Below are positions 1 through 10,317 of a stretch of DNA of 64,000 nt, in pieces. The notes beneath the pieces were generated by a model. The model worked only from the letters and a program-made list of their open reading frames with translations. It searched no databases and was not told the origin of the DNA. Every line of letters starts with the position of its first letter. The stretch's first letter is position 1. The stretch comes from Perkinsus chesapeaki ATCC PRA-425 (taxonomy: Eukaryota; Protista; Perkinsozoa): contig JAAPAO010000084.1 in the NCBI GenBank assembly GCA_013115145.1, positions 1 through 64,000 of the forward strand, read 5' to 3'. Position numbers and translations under genes: made by a program.

Positions 1-372
1 CTCAACTTTTGGAGTGTGTTCGGGTTTCGGGTTTGAGTATTCCTCCCGCACTCCCGTGTTCGATGGGATTTTACGTATTGCAGTACGTCGCCATTGAGGG
101 ATGAACTTTTATAGATTCTCGTGGGGCTCTCACATAATTCATCACCATTGCCCTTACGAGTGAATACTTGCAGGTGTTGTTGAATTCCCCCTTCCTTTGA
201 GAAGTGCCCCATGCGAGTGGGCAACGCTATCAAGATTATCGCTAGTCTGATCGTGACCGGCGCGCTAGATGCACCAGTGCCGCTGACAGTTCACGACAAG
301 ATGGAGTACGGCCTCGAGACCATCTGAGGTTTAGCCACTTGTTTATTATGTACAGATACAACCCTGTGCTTC

Positions 373-945
373 TTGATCGCCCAACGGGCTCTGATGCGCA
401 TCGAAGTAGGTTTCTTGGTCGCAACGAACACCAAGGCTTGGTGGGTGGCACTGACTCCGAAAATGTTCTCCTCTCGGTCAGCCCTGCAGACTGATTACCC
501 CTTCTATGGAAGGCCACATGACCCCTGTGAGTACAACAAAATCAACAAGACTTTTGAAGGGAGCTGTTCTTGCCGAAATGGACAGGAACTTTTCGTTCAA
601 TACGTAAGGGGCAAATATTAAGTTTTCGAAGTCCTGGGTTCATTTTCATTTGCATACAGGGCGATTACTATGGTTTAGCTGTGTGTACGCCTATTTCGTA
701 CGTGGGTACCTGCCCCCCCGCTGATCCGGATGACAAGGACACGCCACCTAAGCATCATCCGGAGCTGGGTCGCGGTTTGCTGGACTGCGACGATGACCAC
801 GTAAGAGCCATCGCCTTTACTTATCGAGTAACTTAACTAGTCTTACTCTATGCCCTCTCAGAAATGCCTTCAAACTGGCGCTGGTTGTTTTCACTACCGT
901 ACTCTCTTCGACAGTGGCGCCGCGTGTATGTATCAAATCTTCTAG
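373..945 (+). CDS. Small secreted-type Cys-rich protein, paralogue A (5' end unresolved, possibly pseudogenised)
   Basis: Exons YPFYGRPHDPCEYNKINKTFEGSCSCRNGQELFVQY | GDYYGLAVCTPISYVGTCPPADPDDKDTPPKHHPELGRGLLDCDDDH | KCLQTGAGCFHYRTLFDSGAACMYQIF* (stop 943-945), joined by GT-AG introns at the same positions as paralogues C and D. A leader-like remnant near 125-165 (ALT*FITIALTSEY) contains a stop. Confidence 0.65.
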
Positions 946-1694
946 GCACGTATGTGGGAGGGAGTGTTGAAAAGATGGAATTTAGTATCAACCTTCACCC
1001 CCTGGCCTTGTAGTCAGCGCCCGAGATGTGATGATGAACCAACCCAACTAGAAGTCATCATTTATTCTTTATTAGCATTGACCGCGAGTCATTGAACACA
1101 AGTTACCGAACGAGTTTTTCAAGCCGTCGCCGCTATTGTGTTGTCATTTACTTGGTAACCCGTTTACAAGACGATTGGGTCTCAGATGGAGCTATGTATC
1201 ACGATGCGGGATACGTATCATACCTAGTGTACGCCAGCCCTGCGACGCAGGGGAGATCCATAATAATTATTAGTCACTAACGACACCCATAATATCAAAA
1301 CTGCGCTGCATCGGAGTCTCTCATGCAATACTCTGGACCCAGCCTGCAATGGAAGCTCGTTGAGCATTTTTTAATCTCGCTCTTATGCGGCGCTCTGTGC
1401 AAGTGGATGTGCTCCGGTGGAAATGAATTGATCACTCTCAAGTATTCATATTATTTATTTATGGTTGTGTATTCAGTGTTTCCGTAAGTATTACACGCAT
1501 CGCAGTAAGCTCGCTACTTATTGGACTCTAACGATGGAGGTTTCCTTACGATGAGACCGCTGAGTGATAATCTATCATTCTGTGGATGATCGAATCTTCT
1601 CCTTCTCGTCAGGCACGCGAGCGATCGAGTAGCTCGTGCTTCCAATATTACACTGTAGTCGAGTTAGGGTGGGATGCATGGGGGGTTGCATGTA

Positions 1695-1971
1695 CAGCCT
1701 GCCAAAATATAATATGATATTTCGAATTTTTCACTTTCTGCTGCGGAAACTACGTATTGCGTGATGAAACTCGATGTGTATGTACTTTCGAACATGGCGA
1801 ATCATAATCTCACAAATCGATCAACCGTTTCATGTATACATGTCAAGATACCCCCGCGTGAAAAACTTAGCGCGCGCAGGGATGCCAAAGAATAATATGA
1901 TATTCTGACAAAATGCGCTATGACGACACTGCTCCCAAACGCAAAATATCATATTATTATTTGGCAGGCTG
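1695..1971. mobile_element. Non-autonomous TA-flanked MITE (Tc1/mariner-type ends), 277 bp
   Basis: TA|CAGCCTGCCAAAATATAATATGATATTT ... AAATATCATATTATTATTTGGCAGGCTG|TA: ~28-bp near-perfect TIRs, TA on both sides, no ORF. An internal third copy of the GCCAAAnAATAATATGATATT motif lies near 1885-1905. Confidence 0.8.
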
Positions 1972-1979
1972 TATTAAAT

Positions 1980-2016
1980 TAAGCGGGCTACTGAAAAGTA
2001 GTTAGTAGCCCGCTTA
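1980..2016. repeat. Perfect 13-bp inverted repeat (hairpin) next to the MITE
   Basis: TAAGCGGGCTACT (1980-1992) / AGTAGCCCGCTTA (2004-2016), 11-nt loop. Confidence 0.85.
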
Positions 2017-2432
2017 CATTTTAGTCAATGTTGTATTTTGTAAATACAAAGCGTTAGTGAAGGTCAATGCTTCATCATGCGGCTAATCTATGTATGTTAG
2101 TCACTGCCAGGTTATATCCAAGCAATCACGGGCAGACATTGTTTTCCAGCATTTCAGTGTTTCATTTCAATGCAGGCGCTGCAGTTCACTCGGGCGTTCG
2201 CCAGTATTTCTGATTTATCGGTTGAGTAAAGTGAAGTCTACATGGCAATTTGCCTAATGATAATCGAACGCCGGTGCAATCACCGATAACATCTTTCATC
2301 ATTTAGTGATCTCATCCGTGAATAAGATATCTACGTCCCACTTATGGTACAAATGCTCAGCTCCATCAATATCATGACAGCCTAGAGTGCAGTGTACAAC
2401 CAGCACCGATAGAACTATACTCTATAGTAGCT

Positions 2433-3050
2433 ATGTGGATTGCAGTGGCCTCGACACCGGAATGTCTCTCTGCGACGCCTAGCATTGCATCAGTTGTTGC
2501 TGATGCCTTAGATGGTTAGCTGGTAGCTGGATGCAGAAAACCCGACAGAGCAAAATGACTGCCCATAGTTGACTCTTACGGGTTGTACTTGGAGACCAAT
2601 GCTCTCGACTCGCGATCTGATCTGCGTTTTCGAATGGCCTTCCAGAAGGCTTGTTCATACTATGGAAGACCAGCTTCTCACTGGCCTACGGCAAAGTCGC
2701 TCAGGAGCTTATCGGGGCATGCGAGTGCCCAGACAGACAAAACTGATTTGCTGCACATGTCAGCGGTCCCGCCAACACTCAGTCTAGGGACTGTTGGTAG
2801 CACTCACAGAATGGTAAGTGTCCACTTGTCGATGCCGTCGACGCCCACACCCTCCGAAGTACCATCCGAACCTGTCTCGCTGTTTCTCCTAGCGGTAAGC
2901 TCTGTATTCATCGTATTCTACATGTTTAATACCACCTCGTTGTTTATCGCTGGCCGCGTAGTCACCCGAACGGTAAGTGTTACTATTACAATAACCCAGT
3001 TGACAGTGGTAAACCTGCATGCATAAAATATGAGCCCCATATTAGCTTGC
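2433..3050 (+). pseudogene. Cys-rich secreted protein paralogue B, frameshifted pseudogene
   Basis: Starts MWI (2433). SYYGRPAS, then a frameshift to AYGKVAQELIGACECPDRQN*; CPLVDAVDA, then a frameshift to HPPKYHPNLSRCF; last exon HPNGKCYYYNNPVDSGKPAC. All segments are collinear with paralogue D but split across frames and contain stops. Confidence 0.75.
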
Positions 3051-4128
3051 TGGCTCACTGAAAGATTCTATTCTTGAGTAATCGCAGGCGTGGGTGATGC
3101 TAAAGCTATTCGCAAATCAGGGAGCTACAGCTATTTGTGTCTATGACATTGACTCCATGCTATTTGTTATTTTTTCACAAGAAAATTCAATTTCAGATTC
3201 TTGAACCCCGTTTTTAAAGTCACCACGAGAATTCCTCTGTTTTTGAATGTTCTTTGGATTTCGAAAATAGCTACGTGATAGAGTTATCAATCATCGACGA
3301 AGGTCTTTCTTGAGATATTAGGAATGATCTTAGGAAGTCGCAACGAATCGCAATAATTCCGTTGCGGCAGTGAACGCGTTGAAGGACCCCACAAACAACT
3401 AAGAGGGAAGAAGGCAAAATCAATGAGTGGTTTCTTGTCAACTGTGTCGCTAACGCGCTTTCCATAACTCTGCGTCTTTCCAATGACCATGCCATACTTA
3501 CAATGCGTTGTTCTTGCGGAAGACTGTTCACTACGACGACGTCGTAGTGGTAGCACGGTGAATGACGGCGGCGTGGTGACCCTCCACGTGACGCGCTCTG
3601 TTGTCCCATCCTTTTTTTCGCGAACTCTCGTAATGCAGGACGCCAAAAAGGCACTGAGGAGTTAATATGCTGGATATTGATAAGGAAGAGTAAGTTTTAT
3701 CAGCATCGGCTGTAGGATTCTATAGAGTTTTCTCGTTATATAGGCATCACTAGTGTAACTATTATATGATTGCTCGCATTCGCGGCTATGGCGCGTCTAC
3801 TTTACGGTATCGTCTAAAGGTTGACAAAGCCAATTTTATGCGAAGGTCAAAGCCGCCACCTGTGGGCATGAGAGGGCCATGCATCTTCTGGGATAAAGTC
3901 ACAGGTGCGCCTTACATGCAGTACTACTGTAAGGCTATTCTGCCGTACTGAATATGTACAAGTTCAATGGGACACCTCCACCGGAACTCGAGTGGCGACA
4001 CTTGGAATAAAGCTGAATATTCAAGCAGTCTGCTGGTGAATCGTCGCTGGCTTCTCGAGATTCCCGAGACTTCTTTAAGCAGCTCATGGGCGCTGACTTT
4101 TCCTTAGCCTTATTGTTATCCACACGGT

Positions 4129-4822
4129 ATGTGGTTTTGGCGTGCTACCGAGTTGACCATTGTCCTGGCATTCACCTTTGGTTGTAGTTTGCAAGGAGAT
4201 CAAGTGATAGAGTATGACCGTTATCGTGATTTTGGATTAGTTGCTCCTGGTAGGTATCTTATTGGACCAAAAGAGGAGAAAGAAAATGAGGATATCAATC
4301 TCAGTAGGTCTCCTTCTGTGCCGAAATGGAATCGATGTTTTTACTTTGACCAGCAATCCAAGAGACTAATCCAAACTATGGAAGACCGGAAAGTCCATGT
4401 TGGTATAACAATAAGACTCAGAACCTCGTAGGAACATGCAGGTGCCGAAACGGTCAAGGCCATTTCGATCAAATGGTAACGGTTACCGTTAAACGGTATC
4501 GTCTGCATTTGGGTTTGTGACCCTTCCGTTACTTCCTCAGGCGGGAAACGATTTCATGATGGCCTGTACGCCTAGTGCTGACCATGGTGTGTGCCCCAGG
4601 GGGGACCCCTCCTCTCCCAACTTTCCCGCGTATGATCCAGTAAGAAGAACATGTTTTTTGGCTTGCTACCCTTGGATGGTACGTTTAACATTGGCGTTTG
4701 AGATCCATACTTTAATCTGTCCTCAGAGATGTACGCGACCGGGCAGCCAGTGTGTTGCTTTCGACACGGGTGGAAGCACGGGATACGCTTGCTTGTATAA
4801 AACACCATTTTACCCTGGTTAG
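4129..4822 (+). CDS. Small secreted Cys-rich protein, paralogue C
   Basis: Signal-like MWFWRATELTIVLAFTFG; RCFYFDQQSK...GTCRCRNGQ | MACTPSADHGVCPRGDPSSPNFPAYDPVRRTCFLAC | RCTRPGSQCVAFDTGGSTGYACLY; GT-AG introns. Confidence 0.75.
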
Positions 4823-4944
4823 AGCATAAGTAGAAGTTGAAGCTCAATCTTGAGCCTTCTGATCGCTTACTATTTGACTTTTTCCTGAAGTTATCGTCAT
4901 CGGACGCTATAGCCGGTACTGTGGAATCAAAGATGGCATAGGTA

Positions 4945-6531
4945 CAGTGCGAACCAAACCGTTATGCAAATTCGTCTTTTTGGTATAACTTTTTTAATTT
5001 TACGACTTAGAACATGAAACTTGGAAGACAGCATGATGGTAACAGTTAAAAATAAATGTTGTAATATCATGACCGTTTCTCCACCCAATTCGATTATTTG
5101 GGCGAGCGAGATTTTTTCTGGCTGCGCAGCCGACCCAAACCGTTATGCAACTCAACTTCTCTCAAGTGTTATGAAAGGAACTATGAGGAAATCTAGTAAT
5201 CATGCACCAACATGACCCCCGTGAAGCTGAAGAAGCTTCGTGAGACGCTTATCCATGGAGCATGTTAGCTTCTTCACTTCTTCGGGGGTGATTTTCTTCG
5301 CGGCATCTTCAATTGCAGACCACAGGCTGTGAACCGAATCATATTGAGTGCCTTGACGATAAACCTCCCTGAAATAGTTGGGTGAGGTGATTCTTGGAGA
5401 ATACTAGAATCATTACCTCTTCAGCAAGCTCCAATAGTTCTCAATTGGATTGAGGTCAGGTGATAGACTGGGCCACTCCAGGACCTTCTTACCCTTGAAA
5501 CCATTCTTCTCCAGGAAGGAAGTGGTAAACTTGCTCGAATGTGCCGGAGCATTGTCGTGCATGAATATCAGCTTCCTCTTGAAAGCCACGGGGCGTGAGC
5601 GGTACCAAGGAAGGAAGCTACTGGCCAAAAGCTCAGTGTAACAATCGGCGGAAACATATAAGAGCTTCCTAGGTTGGTGTACTACGCTTTCGAGTCCATT
5701 TTAACTCCCTTCTCCACCCTGCATGGACCAACCACAGTGTCTCCAATGATACCCGCCCAAAACATGACACCTCCACCCCCCTGCTGCCTTTTCTTCCGAG
5801 CTGGTACTTCGGAGCCACGGAGGATCCAGCCTGAAGCCCACCCGTCCGGCCCGTCCAAGGTGGCCCTGCACTCGTCTGTGAACAGGACGGACGAAAATTC
5901 CCTCTTTATGTTGTTCTCGGCCCATTCATATCTCGTCTTCTTGTGGCGGGCCGTCAAAGCAGGCTTGGCAATAGCCTTCTTCACCCCTCCCAGCTGGTTT
6001 AGGACCCTATTACGCGAGGTTTTGGGCTTCATGGTAACTCCAGCGCCCTCGAAGATCTCCTTGCTGGTTGCCAGAGGACTCCTTGCCATTTCACGCTTGA
6101 GTCTGGTTTTCTCCCGCGAGGTTACAGACTTCTTCGTGGGTCCAGGATGACCCAAGGGACGCTTCGTGGGATTTTCGACGTACTCCTTGACAGTCCGGTG
6201 GTCCCGCTTCAAGGCTTTCGATATTTCAAGTGTAGTCTTGCCTGCTGCGAGCATCTTCACTATCTCGGCACGTTCCGAATCGGATAACTGTTTGCCGCGA
6301 CTCATGTTGAAACGTAATAACTAAGTTGCATAACGGTTTGGGTCGGCTGCGCAGCCAGAAAAAATCTCGCTCGCCCAAATAATCGAATTGGGTGAGGAAA
6401 CGGTCATGATATTATAAAATTTATTCTTAACTGTTACCATCATGCTATCTTCCAAGTTTCATGTTCTAAGTCGTAAAATTAAAAAAGTTATACCAAAAAG
6501 ACGAATTTGCATAACGGTTTGGTTCGCACTG
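4945..6531 (-). mobile_element. Full-length Tc1-like DNA transposon, DD37E (TRT-type), 1587 bp
   Basis: TA target duplication (4943-4944 / 6532-6533); 208-bp TIRs (4945-5152 and 6324-6531) with a few mismatches; each TIR has a 16-bp CCAAACCGTTATGCAA direct repeat near both ends (IR-DR organisation); internal transposase gene. Confidence 0.95.
5200..6305 (-). CDS. Tc1-family transposase (DD37E), three exons, 337 aa after splicing
   Basis: Exons 6305-5686, 5641-5417 and 5368-5200 (1014 nt). N-terminal HTH region; D in LFTDECRATLDGPDGW, D in MHDNAPAH, E in SPDLNPIENYW, with 37 residues between the second D and E. Intron 5369-5416 is GT-AG; intron 5642-5685 is GT-TG. Confidence 0.9.
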
Positions 6532-6533
6532 TA

Positions 6534-7984
6534 TAGCTGCTAGCTTATAAACCTCGTAGATTCTTTCATTTAATCGCTTATGGGCTACGAGAATGATCAA
6601 CGTGATGGTGTCGAGTTGTCAGTCATCACCTAAAGCTTCCAAGAGCTGTTACGGTCTCATGTAGACGAGACTACGGAGGACCGTTAAGTACAAGTAGTGA
6701 GAAAACCCGTACAGATGAGTGATGTGGGCGCGTAGGCGCCAGTAGACGCCAGCGATTGTATCTTCTATCTTGCGAGTCGGTGAATCATCTCAGCCGCCAA
6801 GGTTCGTTCCTAGTGTGATAGTTGTCGCTGCGCAAGCTTGACGCGATCATCGGAAAGGCACCACGACGTTCATATTAAAGCTTCGGTCCTCCTCCATCAA
6901 CCTCCTGTGCGCGGGGGACTTAATTGATTATGAACCACTACAGGTGGCAAACAATGCAAACTGCGGTAGGTGAGCGAAGAGAGCGAAAAAATGGCTCTCG
7001 CGAGGTGTATCATTCCGATATAAAGTATATTTCCAAATCTCGTGTCCATAGACTGGTCAGACACGACGACGATGAATTCGTGATGAGAGGCAGTCCGTAT
7101 CGTCAAAATGCGTGGGGCTGGTTTTCGTACTTTCGGCTACAGGAGAATTAAGATGTGCTTTCGGGAGGTTAATAGAGATAGCCTCATTTGGAGCTCGCCT
7201 GTCACTTGTGATCGTACTCATGCATGCCGCGTTATGGTGGCAAGTCGCCCTTCCGAATCCCGTTAATGGAAGCCATCATAGTACGAGACTTTCATCGCAT
7301 ATATGAAACAGTATTCATATGTGCAAATATACCGATAGTGCATTCGATAGGTTACCAGGGGACCGGATATAATCAAGTCGCCCCTCGTGACTTTCGGAGG
7401 TAATGTGTCGATCCCGCGCACGGGAAATGATGATGACTCGACTCAGTAGAGGCCTACACGGAAGCCGCAAGTACAGATGTCGACGGCAGAATGATGAGGA
7501 TAAAATCAATAGCTGTCTTCATACACCCACTCATCTTTGTGTACCCTTGTGACTGGTTACTGGATTATGCTACTCTCTCGACATGTGGCCGGAGGAGCTC
7601 AGGACGATAGTTAACATCAGAACAGTATAATCATTGAGCCAATTATACTGGGTTAACACTATTCATCCAGGCTCACCTTTCAGGTTCTCACTTAGGAAGC
7701 TGGATTCTTCCTTAGCGAGCGATGCCGGGTGGAACGTCCAATTCACCGTTTTAGCACCCGGTTTTCCCATGTATACTCAAGTTTGACAAGACAAATGAGG
7801 TACGATCGAGTTCGTCGACCGTCATTCCCAATTCACGTTTGGACTCCCAGTGGGTTGTCACATCCATTGGGCTGTCACTCTCGTCTTTCCCGACTACGGC
7901 GTCGTGTTTCATCGCGACTCCTCTGAAGAGTCTCTCCACCTGAGGTTATGGTTGATTGACGGCATCTTCAATAACGCGAGACAT
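6534..7984 (-). pseudogene. Decayed, apparently intronless coding sequence downstream of a relic SL (candidate retrocopy), abutting the Tc1 insertion
   Basis: ATG at 7984, 33 nt after the relic SL (MSRVIEDAVNQP*PQVERLFRGVAMKH...). Long stretches are open apart from scattered stops (e.g. PVYGHEIWKYTLYRND..., KIEDTIAGVYWRLRAHITHLYGFS) up to the TA at 6532. Parent gene not recognised. Confidence 0.4.
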
Positions 7985-8017
7985 GTTGAGAGACCGGAAG
8001 AAATAAAGCAACTAAGC

Positions 8018-8037
8018 CTTGAGCCAAGATATGGCTA
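8018..8037 (-). other. Relic spliced-leader sequence 1
   Basis: Minus strand TAGCCATATCTTGGCTCAAG equals the last 18 nt of the perkinsid SL ACCGTAGCCATCTTGGCTCAAG (recalled from knowledge) plus a 2-nt AT insertion. Confidence 0.75.
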
Positions 8038-8905
8038 TTGTCGCCTCAAGCTGAAATTTAAGACAGGCCAGCGAAGTCCTCCTCGTCGTCCAAGCCATTG
8101 ATCGAATGCATTGCGAAACTAGTGACTGATGAGAAGTCGCCTAAACAGGACTGTCTAATAAACGGTGACAGAGCGCCACCTCGGGCGGCTTCACCAATAT
8201 ACCCCAGATATGGTTCTACGAACTTCTATCAGTGCTGTATGATGCAGTGGGCTAATGCTTTATCCAAAATAACTCGGATAAGTCAGCCGGGCTCAAGGCT
8301 GGATAACTTGGGCGATAGCGAGGACAGATGATGACCTCGGGTTATCGACAACACGTTATTCGAAGTTCCACGCGCAGCCCTCAGGGCCGGAAGTAATTGT
8401 CGCATCGCAGGATGCCCATAGAGCCGATGTAAGGACGCTGATACTCAGGGTATTGTTGAGGATGAGTTGGTTTGGAAGCGATAATCCTAAGGCATTATGG
8501 ATTGCATTTGATTTTTATTAAATTATATAATCTGCTTACATACAGAGGTGGCGCGTCTCCTTCAGAACGTCCCGTGAGTGATCGGGTGATATAACCCAAA
8601 AGTACGAAGGCGAAGGTACCAACGTACGGTCTGCGCGAGAAGGTGGTATATCTTCGAGGATTGTTAGCCTCTTACTTGCTCTGCCCTCCGCAGAGCATTC
8701 CGTGTTGTCGAAGCTTAATAGTTGCAGTTGGAATATGGGAGCGTAATCGCACATCTCCACTGGAGCTCGAACTGCTCCTGGAAACCTCAGTTGCCAGAAA
8801 GTGGGCAATTCCAAACTGTGATGCACGGTAAATCTTCGTTGCTCTTCCGCCTATCACGGCATCTTAACCGCTCATAAGACCTAGACTTCTTGTTATCTTC
8901 ACCAT

Positions 8906-9607
8906 ATGTGGATTAGTCGCCTCACCGAGCTCACTATCATATTGGCTCTCACATCTGGTTATGATATGGCCAAACAAGAAATAATGTTACAGGATGTTGA
9001 GTGGGGCGCCTCAGGTATGGAATTGAACTCCTGCTGGCAGGTATAGTGCACAACCTTATAACCAACAGGAATCTAACAGTATGATCTCTGGTAGGTGCCC
9101 AGAATCGACTTGACTACTTGCTTTGAATAGGCGTCCCGTGGTCCTACTCGTACTATGGGAGACCGGCCAGCCCCTGCGCATATGACAAAGCCGCTAAGGA
9201 GTTCCTTGGAACCTGTATATGCCCAAACGAACAACGGGCTTCTGCTCAAGCCGTAAGCGAGCCCTCCATTAATCGGGCCTATGGATATCTACTTACTTTC
9301 TCAGGGCGATGTCGGACTGATGGTATGTGCTCCTGTGCGTCGCGACGGAGCGTGCCCCGATGCTGATCCTTCTGATGTATTCACCCCTCCAAAGTATCAT
9401 CCCAAACTGGATGGTTGCTTACTGGACTGCTTATCCACTCTCCTGGTAAGCCCCTCATCCGCTACGTAGAGCCTATGTGCTACAAATCATCTACCAATCG
9501 CATTCTGTCATCAGCCGTGTATGCAGCCGGGCACCAAGTGCTATAAATATCACAGCGTCACTGAGAATGGTACCGATGATGGTTACGCTTGCATGTATGA
9601 AATGTGA
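8906..9607 (+). CDS. Small secreted Cys-rich protein, paralogue D
   Basis: MWISRLTELTIILALTSG leader; YSYYGRPASPCAYDKAAKEFLGTCICPNEQ | MVCAPVRRDGACPDADPSDVFTPPKYHPKLDGCLLDC | PCMQPGTKCYKYH...GYACMYEM*; GT-AG introns. Confidence 0.8.
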
Positions 9608-10317
9608 GCCAACTGCTGCCGGAGTAGAAGTTCAACTGTAGGACAATGTCCCGAGTCTTCTGCATGCTCGCCGATCCTCAGGCTCATTCCTGCAGCCCAG
9701 CTCCTCCAGCCCTCTTTGGAACCAAGCTGCCACAAATGTTTAATTGTTAATCTCGCCACTCGTCAACTCCGATTATAGTACGTTATATCAAAGAATATTA
9801 TGAGTTTATGAAGGTCGTCAGGATACAAGCCATTTATCAGAGGCTCGTACTTCCCCTAGTATTAACAGCGTCGAGTTGTTAATGATGGGTCAACGTTTTC
9901 TCTTCGCTATTCGGACTCGGGGATTTACGTTAATGCTTTTTTCACGTTCGAATGCCTGGAATCCGAAAACAGACTGTTTCGAACAGTGAACGATGTATGT
10001 GAGAGGGAAGAGGCGAAATTCATATTCTGAAGACAAACTCCTATTGGAGAGATGGTTCATGCTTTTTTATATCTATTCGGTACACTTTCGTTGATATGCC
10101 TTACTGGCCACCGTGTACTAGTATAATCTCTGTATTGTGCCAGAGATCCCAAAGATCCAAGTACTAAAATCCAGTACCGCGTAAGATGGAGAATATCATA
10201 TCAGTTAAACAGCTCTTAATGGTTTAGCAGTCGTTCGTTCAGGCAGTGAAGGATGGTCCCACCCTAGGTCCTAGAGTCTACGAGTATACTCTATTCAATA
10301 GAGTCTATTGTTCCACT

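Noticed and set aside
1092-1280. Possible fifth Cys-rich paralogue (GCCAGCCCTGCG similarity)
   Set aside because: No downstream Cys scaffold recoverable in any frame.
2050-2390. Minus-strand ILFTDE resembling a Tc1 catalytic motif
   Set aside because: Isolated hexapeptide amid stops, with no other transposase motifs or TIRs.
7632-7652. Weak SL-like TTGGCTCAA, plus GGCTCAAG near 4849-4856 and 8286-8296
   Set aside because: Only 8-9 nt matches, compatible with chance.
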